Shown here one piece after another: positions 14,118-25,401 of a DNA stretch of 64,000 bases (positions are counted from its first letter, which is position 1; each line of letters opens with the position of its first letter). The position numbers and the translations under genes were made by a program. The notes beneath the pieces are model-generated. The model did no database searches. It was given only the letters and a program-made list of their open reading frames with translations, and was not told where the DNA came from. This DNA comes from Phoronis australis (taxonomy: Eukaryota; Animalia; Phoronida): assembly GCA_002633005.1 (NCBI GenBank), contig NMRA01000004.1, positions 1,431,077-1,495,076 of the forward strand, in the 5' to 3' direction.

Positions 14118-14322
14118 TCCGGGGGGTTCTTGGATACCAGGGGTGCCGTTGTAGGTTTGGAAAGTCCATACAATCATATTTTATCCAGGACATTCCTCCC
14201 ACATACCCGAAACTGAAGCCGTAAAATGCGGGGTATTTGGCTATAAATGGTTTCCCCACTCCACAAGTGCCCCTAATCAGCAGAACAGCCTCTGATACCC
14301 AGTCAACAGGATAACCCCCGGA
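14118..14322. mobile_element. MITE in the probable 3' UTR of the sclerostin-like gene
   Basis: TCCGGGGGGTT ... AACCCCCGGA inverted ends. Confidence 0.5.
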
Positions 14323-14660
14323 ACTTACACTGGCAGCTTAAACACAAGCACCCCTCAGAATACCTAAACAATGAAAACTCCATGGGCTTGTTATACATCT
14401 TTCATAAGGTTTTCGACACCAGTAGCCATTGCGGGAGACACTTGCCCATCGCTTCTGGTATTCCAACTCAGTTCCACTGGTGGTTCACCAACCAAAGTTG
14501 ACTTCAAAATTCCAAACAAAATTTTGCAACAAAAAAACGTCATCTTCCTTCAGGAAAGCTCACCATCGACTCCTCATTAACCGTGAGATATTGCATTTAA
14601 TGGAATATGTACAGGTTAATAACTTAAATATAACTTAAATAGCAGCTCCATCAGACGTCG

Positions 14661-15064
14661 CTACGACTTGTTTTCATGACGTAATCTCTTCTTATGTCCA
14701 CCACGTTTTCCTTTCTGTTTAGGCGTCCTTGTTGTCCCCCTAGCGGGTGTTCGTAATCTGTTCTGTGATTCGTGATACTTTTTACATTTACAGCTCTTTA
14801 CAACTCTCACCGGATAATGTCGGATTTCTCCATTTTGACACACAAATCTCACACGCTTGCGTTTCGTATAGTCGTTAACACATCTATATTGCTCAATTTT
14901 TCTAGACGACAACAACTTCACGAATTCTGCGTACCAAGGCAATTCGTCGATAGGTAAACAGTGGCCAGTACAAAGGACGTCAGTAATTGGCCTGATGGAC
15001 GTGCAGAAGCCGTCGGAAATATATTTTCTAATCTTTAACGCTTTGCAGCCAACTCGAACGTCTT
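14661..15064 (-). CDS. SOSTDC1: Sclerostin/SOSTDC1-family gene, exon 2 (cystine-knot domain, basic tail)
   Basis: Acceptor ttgttttacag. The translation VRVGCKALKIRKYISDGFCTS..VLCTGHCLP..YRCVND..FVCQNG..VVKSCKCKKY closely parallels SOSTDC1 (VGCRELRSTKYISDGQCTS..CAGECLP..WRCVND..CQDG..VVTACKCKRY), with 8 Cys. Stop TAG at 14661-14663. SOST versus SOSTDC1 cannot be distinguished; it is probably a pro-orthologue of both. Confidence 0.95.
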
Positions 15065-16123
15065 CTGTAAAACAAGAATAAGAAACACGAATAAGCAAAT
15101 GTAGACTTCAAGTGTATTTTCATTTATGTAAACTGTTAAGTTCAGTTTCAGTTTCACAGAACACATCCCTTTTCTTAGAGCAATTCATGCAAAAACGGGA
15201 CCCGAAATCCGACATCTGAACTCGAATTCCAATTCTGTCGTGTTGGTCTCGAGCAAAATAGAAATACCAGATGTTTCAACATCTTTATTTTTGGTAAAAC
15301 AAATAACGAGTTAACAAAAATATCTAAAAGCGCCACTTTTGGACTACGGGCGTTAAAGGATTGGGACACTATCACCATAACGTCACAGATGAGCGCGTGT
15401 GTGAACTGCGGATGAAAGTATCTGCGTACAGTATACAATAAAATAACGTGTTTCCTTGGTGACAGACCAGCAGTGGGTACGTACTTGCCTTCGACACCCA
15501 AGTTCCACCAGGTGTCTTTGCCTGTGGGGACAAAGAGATTTGTCTCGCTGCCTTCGATTAGCACATTTTCACCACATCGTGACGTAAAAAGACACTGTGA
15601 GAGTCATGGAGCGAAAGCCACTTCATCAGGTGAGAAGGCTTTGTAAATGTCGTCAATTTTACTTTATTCAAAACGTGGTGTTGTGACAACCGCAGAAATG
15701 ACGAGACAATATGGGGATTTAGTCTTTCTGGTTTCTTCATCATATACATGTAGCAGTATGGAAATGACTTAGCGAATGAAGTCTAGTACTGATGGGGGAA
15801 CCACCAGTCTGCCGGGAGGTGACACCTTTCAACAAACTGGTGATGCTGTTTCACTTTTAATTGACAAAAAGTCGCGTCTGCGAGGAATCCCATGCATATC
15901 GAACACGTCTCATCTTTAATAGATACATCATTGTACGTTTCCTATAATCTCACCCATCGCACCTCTGATGAGACAACCAATACAGTATCGAATATGTTTC
16001 CGTATTTCGTTTCAACAAGTGGAACTTTCATTTTGTAATGCCATTTTAGGAACGAAGAAAATGCTAAGAAGGACAGTCCCTATAAGCTACCGTTAGGTGC
16101 TAGTTCAGTACAGAGAAATAAAC

Positions 16124-16338
16124 CTGGGGCCCGTATTATCACAGGTCGTATGTCCAGTCTTATCTGCCGGTCACAACTTCCACGTTAATGTGCAAACAGC
16201 TGAACGATGTGGCTGGTGAAAAATGTCGTTAAGTTTAAAAACGGCAATGTTTCGTTGTTATAAAAAACGCACCGTCGTATTCGTAATAACATGCATACAT
16301 CTAACTGTAACTACGACCTTTGATAAAACGGGACCCAG
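16124..16338. mobile_element. MITE (Harbinger-like ends) in the sclerostin intron
   Basis: CTGGGGCCCGTATTATCACAGGTCGTA ... TACGACCTTTGATAAAACGGGACCCAG, a ~27-bp TIR. Confidence 0.7.
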
Positions 16339-18669
16339 ACAAATGTACTACGTAAGTGGATCTAAAGTGACATTCTAGGGATATTGTTCCGCGCCGAAAA
16401 TATGAACATAATTTATATATACTATACTATACCATAGTATAGTTCACAAAACATCAAGATAAAAACAAACCACAGATTGAGTGACCAATGTTGTTTGAAA
16501 AGTCATCTTAAGGTAAGTGTCCACTTAACACTATCAGGGGTCACATTTTTAAAAATTTCTAAAATACTGCGTTTTAACTTATGGAACCGTTTCTTTTTAA
16601 AATCATTGGTACAAATGTCCTATAGCTCGATGCCAGCAAATCAGCGTAAATTCAGATTATAACACAACCATCAATAAAAATTAAATTACGTAATAGGTAC
16701 TTATAGCTAGGGGTCCCCGCATTTTGAGAACTAGTTTTCTCCACAGAACAACAGGCATCAAACTAATACTCAAAATTCATATCGAGTTACGAGACCACAG
16801 ACATGTTGGACCATAAGGTATGTATTCAGACGGTGGAACACGACTAGTGTTCAGAATACCCAACTCTCGGATAATACCACCCCCGTGGCATTGAGACGAG
16901 GGACGATAGCTCACACTGCAAGTCTACGCCGAACACCCTTCACAACTAGGAAATAATCTGAATATTTTCAGATTAGCCTTTAGAATCTACAATTGCATTC
17001 TTATCATAATATCATAAAGCAAATAGGAATGAGGTCGATGAACTCAAGACTCTGAGGTCGACAACACACCAAGGGTCTTGAATAAACTAAATTATTCTGC
17101 ACTTTCGTCACAACCTTTAACCTTCAGGCAGAAAAAGTAAACTGAAATCATTCAAATAACGAGGCGAAAATGTTTTTTGAATCACGACGACAGCTACTCC
17201 ACAAAATTACGATTTAGTTGACATTTTATTATCGAACAATTGCAGATGGCTCCAGAAATATTGACCTGTTGTACGATACAGGCTCGTTGGCATTTTACCA
17301 GCACATTTCTTCCGCAGAGACAATGTGACCTGAAACAATCGGAACGTCTGATCGCGTGATCACCCACCACACATTGGTCGCGTGAAAGGGTGGTCTCCAC
17401 GAACGCGAGGCGTTCTTTGGGCACTCACGATCCCGTGGCATTCGTGATTTCGGCTGGTGAAAATAGAAGCAGTCGCAAGACGTCATCAGAGACAAAAGGT
17501 ACAATGCGTCTTTGTTGACTTCTTGCAGTTTTCTGCGTACGAGTTTGTGTGGCTACTTAAAAATCACCATTGTTTGATGACGTCAGACTTTTTTAGAAAC
17601 GCGAGATCAAGATTGGTAACGGAGGCAGAGTACATGTATGTCAGCAGATCTAGAGTTTGCTAGTACAGCCTGGTTGCCAAACACACCAAAACAACAGCGA
17701 ACTCCAAGTTTGGTCGTATTTTGCAAACAAAATTCGGTAGAGTCTGCCACTAGACAGAATGGTGGAGAAGAGAAATAACATTTCCATGTTTCATACAGAG
17801 TCTGAAATTGTCACATTGTGAGCACGAGGGTTAGGCCTACTTTTATTTATTTGGTGTAAATCTGTCCATCAATTAACACTTAAAGAAATTACTGTATACA
17901 CTAGAAACCCCTTCTCATCTAAGTATCAAGTAGAGGTCAGCTGATGAAAGTGTTCTGAATAAAAAGTTATTGTACGTGGATTCATATCCGCGACAGACGT
18001 GTCCGTGGGGTTCTCGTCACCAGGTGGCAAGACCGTCTCGTGTACTAGTCGGCTCGCCTAGAACTTCTATACCAAACAGCATGTCGACGAAATCGACTAC
18101 ATTTCGCGAGTCCGCACAACGAAACAGTTTACTAGAAACAGAAGCAGAACAAATGATGTCATGCTTTTTCACCTGAAATAGCGCATGTTGTAACAAGGAC
18201 AGAAAATCTGACCAGATCTAGTGTTGCATTACAAAGTAAATATATGGGGTTCACTGTGATCGTAGCCAACGATGCCGTGCTCTGAACGGAACTCTTGGGG
18301 AAGGGGAACTGAAACAACTTGTTTCCTCTATAATACATGAGCAAATTCGAAGCATAGGCCATCCCATTTAAGACCCATTTCCTCCGTACTCACTTGGGTA
18401 AACTTGGTTACTCAAGTCACAAAGTAAGCCTTAAACGTACATACGCTGGGACGGAACATGATTCCAATAAAAACGATCGTTTGGTTCATTGTCAAGTAAA
18501 AAGAGTTCAACGATTTTAGACAGGGTTGGCAAACCTTACAAAACGGGTTAGCCCCATATCAATCGATGACTTTTGTCATTAGATACCGGTTTTTGTGAGG
18601 GTACGGGCATTTTTAGATCAGTTTGTATACCTAATCAGTATGATTTCGCGATTTTCAAGGTAAGCCAGT

Positions 18670-18903
18670 ACAAGTGTGTTCCATTTCATATGAAAGACAG
18701 ATCACGATTTTACTAAAACGATCACGTTGTCAAAAACATAAAAAGTCACAAGTGTGTTCCATTTCATATGAAAGACAGACCACGATTTTACTAAAACGAT
18801 CACGTTGTCAAAAACATAAAAAGTCACAAGTGTGTTCCATTTCATATGAAAGACAGACCACGATTTTACTAAAACGATCACGTTGTCAAAAACATAAAAA
18901 GTC
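18670..18903. repeat. 78-bp tandem repeat x3
   Basis: Units start at 18670, 18748 and 18826 and are near-perfect. Confidence 0.95.
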
Positions 18904-20608
18904 CCAATAAACAACATGTCACTTTCAAACAGGGGGCCCGTTACATCACTGAGGTGGTGCGTGGTGGAGGAAAAAAGAAACGCGTCAAGAAGTGCCTCGT
19001 TTTTAAAGATGGGTGTTGCAATGGAAATGAGAAACTGCTCAGTCGCGAGGAAGTTACATTTAGACTGGTCGTTACGAGTTACACGAGTCAAAGGATTGCT
19101 ACAATTGCTTCATACAAAGACAAAGTGCCCTAGTGGTTGTTATGTCGGTCAGCAAAATCTCAAGCACAGGTGCATTTAAAAAAGAGAAATTCCGACAGTT
19201 GGTAGGTGAGTACATTTGGCCATGGGATGCAAAATTAATGTCTCCCCAACGTGTCTCGGATGTTTTACAATCTTCTCGTTTTACTCGGCAGGGAATCTAG
19301 TCTGAATTCCTTCGAACAAACAGGTTGTTCTTTCTGTGAGGTGCCCATTATTCCGTTAACAGTACGCCTTTGTTAGCCAGGTCCCTAAATACTAACAAAC
19401 ATTTTAGTTTTAAAGTATCTTTTAATCGTTCAACAATAGGGTACATAAAAATTGGCCAATGTGCAAACAAAAAATCTATTTACATAGCCCCCATTTGGTA
19501 CACGCATCGAACCAGGTGCGTTAGCGTTGCTCTTGGCACGAGAGTGGGGCATTGTACGCGCTCCCCTTGAAAAATATTTTTTTAGCTCCAAGTCACCGAT
19601 TGTGAGATTGTACATTTCAATAGACTGGCACACGCCAGCGTACGCCGCGAAAATAAACTTTTCTCCGGTGTATTATAATCAAGAAGGCCAATGAAAGTCA
19701 GTGGGTGAGGGAGGGGAGTAACAACTCGGTGAACGGGAAGTTATTTGGTAAATGCATGGCGATCAACGGAAAGGATCAGAAAAGAGTGGTAAAGTGACTC
19801 ATTAATCTTGTTTACACAAATAAAACGTGTAATATTCATGAAATGAATTGATCACACGTTTTTTTGATGAAATAGGGGGCAAACAATGAGTAAATATCGT
19901 TGCACGCATGAATCTTAATTAGCACAGCGTGCAAATGAGCTATTTGTCACAAGCACTCACCAAGGAACTCCCAACAAAATGTTAATAGGTTTCTAGGTTT
20001 ACAAATTCAGCAAAACATAGATTGCATCATATTAAAACCAACTTACTCACCCCCTAAATAAGTTAATCGAACCTCTCAGTTCCTGTTCGCTGTTAGAATT
20101 GAATGCATATGGTATTGAAGTAATATTAACCCAGTGAATACGATTTATTTTCAAATAACCCTACACCTCAACAATAAGCGCATTACGATTAAAAACAATG
20201 TCATTCACCAAGGTATATAATGGGGCCACGGGTTTTGTATTGAGCTTGGCTACACTTTTCAACTGTCAATGGAGAGTTTCACTCGTCAGCTCAGCTCAAC
20301 GTGCAATAAAACGTCCATTCATGGGCAATAAATTCAACGTGTCAACTTTTACAAACCGTTTTACACGATGTATTAAGTATAACTGCATTCAATAATGCGA
20401 TTGTGATCCCTTTCCCACTTTTAATATTTACCCTTGTAAGCTTAATACGTGAATACACAAATGTCTTCCCGGGCCTTGTTTAAATTACCCCTGTGTATTG
20501 CGCTCGTCCGATTTTACGAGCTGGGACTGCAATACGACAAGTGACACGCCTTCGATGCAGGTGTGAAGACGATAAAAAGACGTCCCTCGATGGAAACGGA
20601 TATCTTAC

Positions 20609-20786
20609 CTGGTAATAAATGGTCCACCTGTCCCCGTAAATTCTTCATAGCAGACTCAGGACTCCAGGAGCGATCGTCTGTTTGCATGTTCCTTTTGGAC
20701 TGGTCTCGCCTTTCTTCTACCGCGAGTATGTCACGCACGTTGGAATAGAGCGTTAAAATCAACACGACACCGTAGTAAATCTCCAT
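20609..20786 (-). CDS. SOSTDC1: Sclerostin/SOSTDC1-family gene, exon 1 (signal peptide + N-terminal arm)
   Basis: ATG at 20786 gives a hydrophobic leader MEIYYGVVLILTLYSNVRDILA. The exon is 59 codons + 1 nt, ending at the strong donor CCAG|GTAAG. Its phase 1 matches exon 2, the same layout as vertebrate SOST/SOSTDC1. Confidence 0.85.
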
Positions 20787-20949
20787 GTCTTAGTAAAACC
20801 TCATGTCGCGTCTCACTGTGAGTCTAAGTCGACAAGCGCGTGCACCGACTCTACATTTGTGGTTTACGAAATACAACGGCGCGAAACACTACGTTCTTAA
20901 ACACTTGCTTACAAACCCAGAGGGTTACAACTGAGTAGGCCTGTACTCA

Positions 20950-21100
20950 GAGGCGGGCTTATGTATAAATGGCCCGCCGCTTGTCACGGCGCGAGTGTGC
21001 TTGGCGCCATAACCCCTGTCAAATCAACCAATGAAAACGGTCTTTACGAGAGACTTGACAGAACCGCTTAGAAAACCAATTGTTAACACGAACAATTGGC
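20950..21100 (-). promoter_or_regulatory. Putative proximal promoter of the sclerostin-like gene
   Basis: Located 165-315 bp upstream of the ATG and CpG-rich. Contains GC-box-like GGCGGG motifs, an AT-rich TATA-like stretch (~20963), TGGCGCCA (21002) and CCAAT/ATTGG boxes at ~21028, ~21076 and ~21095. Confidence 0.45.
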
Positions 21101-24100
21101 TGTGTTCAGAGAAGGAGGGCCAAGTATATATCAAGAATTTGACAGGTGCCCATCAAAATAAGAAGGAAAATATAAGTGCCACACTTTGTAAATACCGTTA
21201 CTTCATTACGTGCAAGGTACAAGTGGACGCTGCGTTGGTCTCCAGGCCTTGAGTCAAAGAAAGACTGGGAAGCGAACTCCTAACTCCAACTTTTATTAAA
21301 AGCGCTACATTTAGGCCCATCTTTTCCCGTAAAATGGAAGTATAAACGAAGGTACAACAAAAACACGAGATTTACGACTACACAAGAACTGGGTAATGAG
21401 AGAATCGAGTGGCGACTTGGACCAGATACAGAATACTGAGTCAGAGTTCACTTAACCGGTAATCGGGCAGTCGTACCTGCATGTGACTGAGTATAATCGC
21501 CTTTTGTCGACGAAATTTGCAATAAAACAGGAATTCTTGTTTACACGTGCTTGCGTACACATTTCCTAAAACTCCCTAACATCACGCCGTGTTGATAGGC
21601 AAACGACTGTCTATGTAGAATGACCTACTGAAACATTTGGTTGAAGTAAAAAATAAAAATATATATCAAATGCACACTAGTGTATGTTTTAATAGAGCTA
21701 AAATGAAGCCCTCAACTACCAAAAAGCACACAAGCCATAGGTGAGGTATATTCATAATAATTGTGTTTAAAAAACGCTTCTATTACGAGATTATTTATTT
21801 ATTGTACTTCTTAAACTCCATGATTGTTGTAGAAGTAATTAGAAGGTTCCAAAGGTACACCTACTGAAGCACACATACGATCGTGTCAACGTGACACACT
21901 TCATCCACGTGGGTCGATGTTAACTCTTCTGAAAATCGCGCTATCAGTGGCGCCACGTGACGGTACTGGCAGAGGAGTTTGTCACAGAATCTGACACGGA
22001 ACGACAGTCACGGTTGCAACGAATAGAACCCAAACAAATTACAAGTTGACAATCACATCAAGAATGGCGACGCATCAGCTCACTATGAATGTACAAACTA
22101 TTATTTAGACATCATCTGTTTCGTGTAATAAACACACAAACTCATCATCTACCGTGCGTTTTACTGGAGTTGGCGTCAAACGTTTGGGCGACCGGTCGCA
22201 GTAACGTTTCGTGCGCGGTAAGCGTTCGTGTTTGACAGCATATGGCGCCATTGAAATTCTCGGAAATGTCATTTCGCTGAACATTTTTGCGATTAAAATG
22301 TAAATAAATAATGGGATTTTGCGTAATCTCCGTCGAGCAACTAAACTATACTGACTGGCCTGGCCACCGGAGGGTTACTCCAGTACTTTTGCCGGGGCGT
22401 GCTCGATGCGAAATTAGGATATTCTAACTTTCAGAAAGTCAGCCCTTTTAGAGTAAGCTATTTGTAGAAGCTTTTATAAAAAGGATAATCTTTCGTAGAA
22501 GCTAATATACATAACAAAACTCCATAGGATACAGGGAACAGATTTTTTTTGCGAGACTGGACAGGGGAGAGAACCTTAAACTTTGAAATGGAATCTTATT
22601 CGTTGACATTTTGTATATTATGATGTCAGCTATGGCAAAATTACGTTGATCTAATCATAATTTGATGATTTTAATTGGTGTACGTACTGTTGTGGATTGG
22701 AAGAACCGATTGTGCTGTTTCTGTATCGTGATCACAAACTAAGGACTGAACAGTAGAGTAGTTGTGTCTGTAAAAATTACTACACTCTTAAAACTGCATT
22801 TATACCAGAGTGGTGCTGGCGTGAACCAAATAAGTATAGTTCCTCGGTGTGTTTGTGACTGCATTTTACATGTGGACCAATTGCTTTTTAACTCAACAAA
22901 CCTTTATTGATTATAAAATCCTTAGCCTCGACGCAAAATGAACCCTTTCGGTCCGCTTTCTTACTGTACGTGGACACTCAAAAGTTTCGCAGGAAGTCAA
23001 ATCGGAGAGGCAACACGTACGTTCAAAGGGAATACTCCAAGGGCGGAAACAGAATTTTCTAAAAGGGGGTCGGATCAAGGATTTTTAAAAGGGGTGGAGG
23101 GTCCAAGTCATAAATTTGAAAATTCTAGATTTGATATCACTAAAAATCACGGGAAAAAAGTGCGGATCCGGATGCCGTAGTCTATCCTGGATCTGCCTAA
23201 GCACTGGCTCGAAAACACTCATTTAGGCGCACAGCGTCCCGTGTACGCAAGCTTTGTAGGCCTAAGTTACCCCGGCCTACTCGAGAAGCACGTGTCAGTA
23301 AAACGCCACACAACTTGAAAATGATAGTAATTATTCGATTGTGCCTTTAAAGACAGTATTGATGTCACATTTAGGTGTATCAATTCGGAACAAGCTACTC
23401 GACAATGACAATTATGTTCCATCAAGAGCCACGGCTGGCTGAGATTAAATGACACTTGATGATGTGCCGCGGGGTCTGGCTCTCAAAGCACTCTGCATAC
23501 AGCTTATTGTTCGCTATCTACTACGGACGCGTGTTGAAAACAACAGAATAGCAGCCCGATAATAACACGCTTTTGTCTGGCAACATTGGATATTTTAAGG
23601 CAATTTGTTGCGTTTGTTGCGGGTTCGTTGAAGACCGGAGTTGAACTAGTTTGTCCACTAACCTGTCCTACAGTCAGCCAGGAGCTATATTTACAATAAT
23701 CTGGGCCAAACGCGAAGTACTTCTAATAGGTAGTAAAGTAGTCGAGTTCTCTGAGGCAATTTTTCCGCATGCAGTCACATAACGGGGATAAGTGTTCGTT
23801 GATCTAGTACCCAGAGGCCGTTATAGTCGACATCGATTTCCATTGTTCTTTAGAAGTTACGACCTCTTGAAATCCGCAATCTAAACAACCTTGAATTAGT
23901 GCAACCTTCAATTGAAACAATATTTTGTAATTAAGGATGAGCGTGACTTCGAAATGTGATCGACCCCAGTATTATGCCCCCAAGGGCGTGTTGACTCAAC
24001 GTTTGGTTAAATATTGTCAAGGGCTAAAGAGACTCGTAATTAGCCAACGAGGGCTCTATTCACACTGTTGGCTAATCGCACTTTCGTGATTTACCACCCG

Positions 24101-24989
24101 TAAAGCTTTAAGCGGTTGCATTGTTTTTAAAACATAAGCTCCCTCTACCATGGGCAAATTCCAGACATCCTAAATCCTGGCGTAATCAGGAAGTCTATAG
24201 CTTCATAAGCAAAGCGTGAAGTGTTCTCTTCAACTGAGTCAAGCGGACCTCCGTGGCTCGCTTGAACTTCGGTTCCCGAATACCGGGAATGTAGAAATAT
24301 CGATTTTTGGAAATAATGTGACAAGAGGTCACTTTTCTGCGAATAGTCTATCAAACTTAAACCCAGGCAAACTGCAGGATGTTACTCATCGCGAAACTTA
24401 ACCTTCTATCAACATAAAAGATAAGACAATTGTGTTCACGGTTGACTATACTTAGCATATACACTGAGACAATCGCTTTGTGCCTGAAACATCCCCTTTT
24501 TAAAGAGGTAACGCGCGGTTATCACTTGGCGGCCTATTTTTGGAAGGAATATTAAACCCAATCGGGATATGATTCAGGTTTCCATGCTGCAGCGGATGTG
24601 GACATTTTACACAATTTTTCAAAATTCTTATTGGGTCTTGGGAAAATGCCCCTAACTTAGCGGCTAGAGGACTGGGAAGGCGCACCATGTTAACGTTAGA
24701 GATAATTGTTGTACTGGTTGAACTGGCCGATGAAAACGGGCACTTAAAAATTTGTTGTAACGGTAACTATAAATCGGCTGAACGAAATATCAACTGTTGG
24801 GCGTTATGTGGGAAGTAGTTACTGGCAGTGAGATATGTGGATTTAGTGATGTTTGGGAGACTCAGTCGGTTGGGGGTTAAATGGCATTTCTGTGGTAGTT
24901 CGAACTATACGATATTTAGGCATGCGCACTGGTGGACATCAGTGGCAGGAGGAATTGTTGAATGTCAGTAATAAATTCTTTACAGGTTA

Positions 24990-25401
24990 TGCAAACATCA
25001 TTTACTTATGAAAAAGTAGGTCACGAGTGTAAAAACTAGAAAATGTCTGAATGCTTTAGCAAGATTTAGATATCTATAACGTACAAGTAGAAACAGGAAC
25101 ATAATACCTTAAAAAATCCCCAGAGGGAATAGATTATGTACTGTTTGTGACCTACACGTTGTAAAAGACGAATATCGTTTTTTAATTGAGTGTCCAGTTA
25201 CGATTTATGAACAACTGCCAAGATAATAAGCATGATATGTGAACTTATCTTAGAAAATATCATGCTGCAGTAGGATAACTGAAATTAAGCTCAGTATTTA
25301 TGAGCAGCTAGGAACAGAACAAGAGACGATATAGTTTGTGTAATGTAAATTAATTGTGTATATGGGCCGGAGACCTTTTGTGCAACAAAGAAATAAAAAA
25401 A
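24990..25401 (+). mobile_element. LINE ORF2 3' end fragment
   Basis: Frameshifted ALARFR..VETG..IPR.NRLCTVCD..V.DEY.F..ECP zinc-knuckle-like C-terminus, followed by AATAAAAAAA. Confidence 0.75.

Noticed and set aside
16317-16324. TCF/LEF site CCTTTGAT in the sclerostin intron as Wnt feedback
   Set aside because: A single site lying within a MITE terminal repeat; insufficient evidence.
18670-18903. Regular repeats as a CRISPR array or a repeat-protein ORF
   Set aside because: The 78-bp units are head-to-tail with no unique spacers, there are no cas genes, and the context is a eukaryotic intron. The ORFs arise only because 78 is a multiple of 3.
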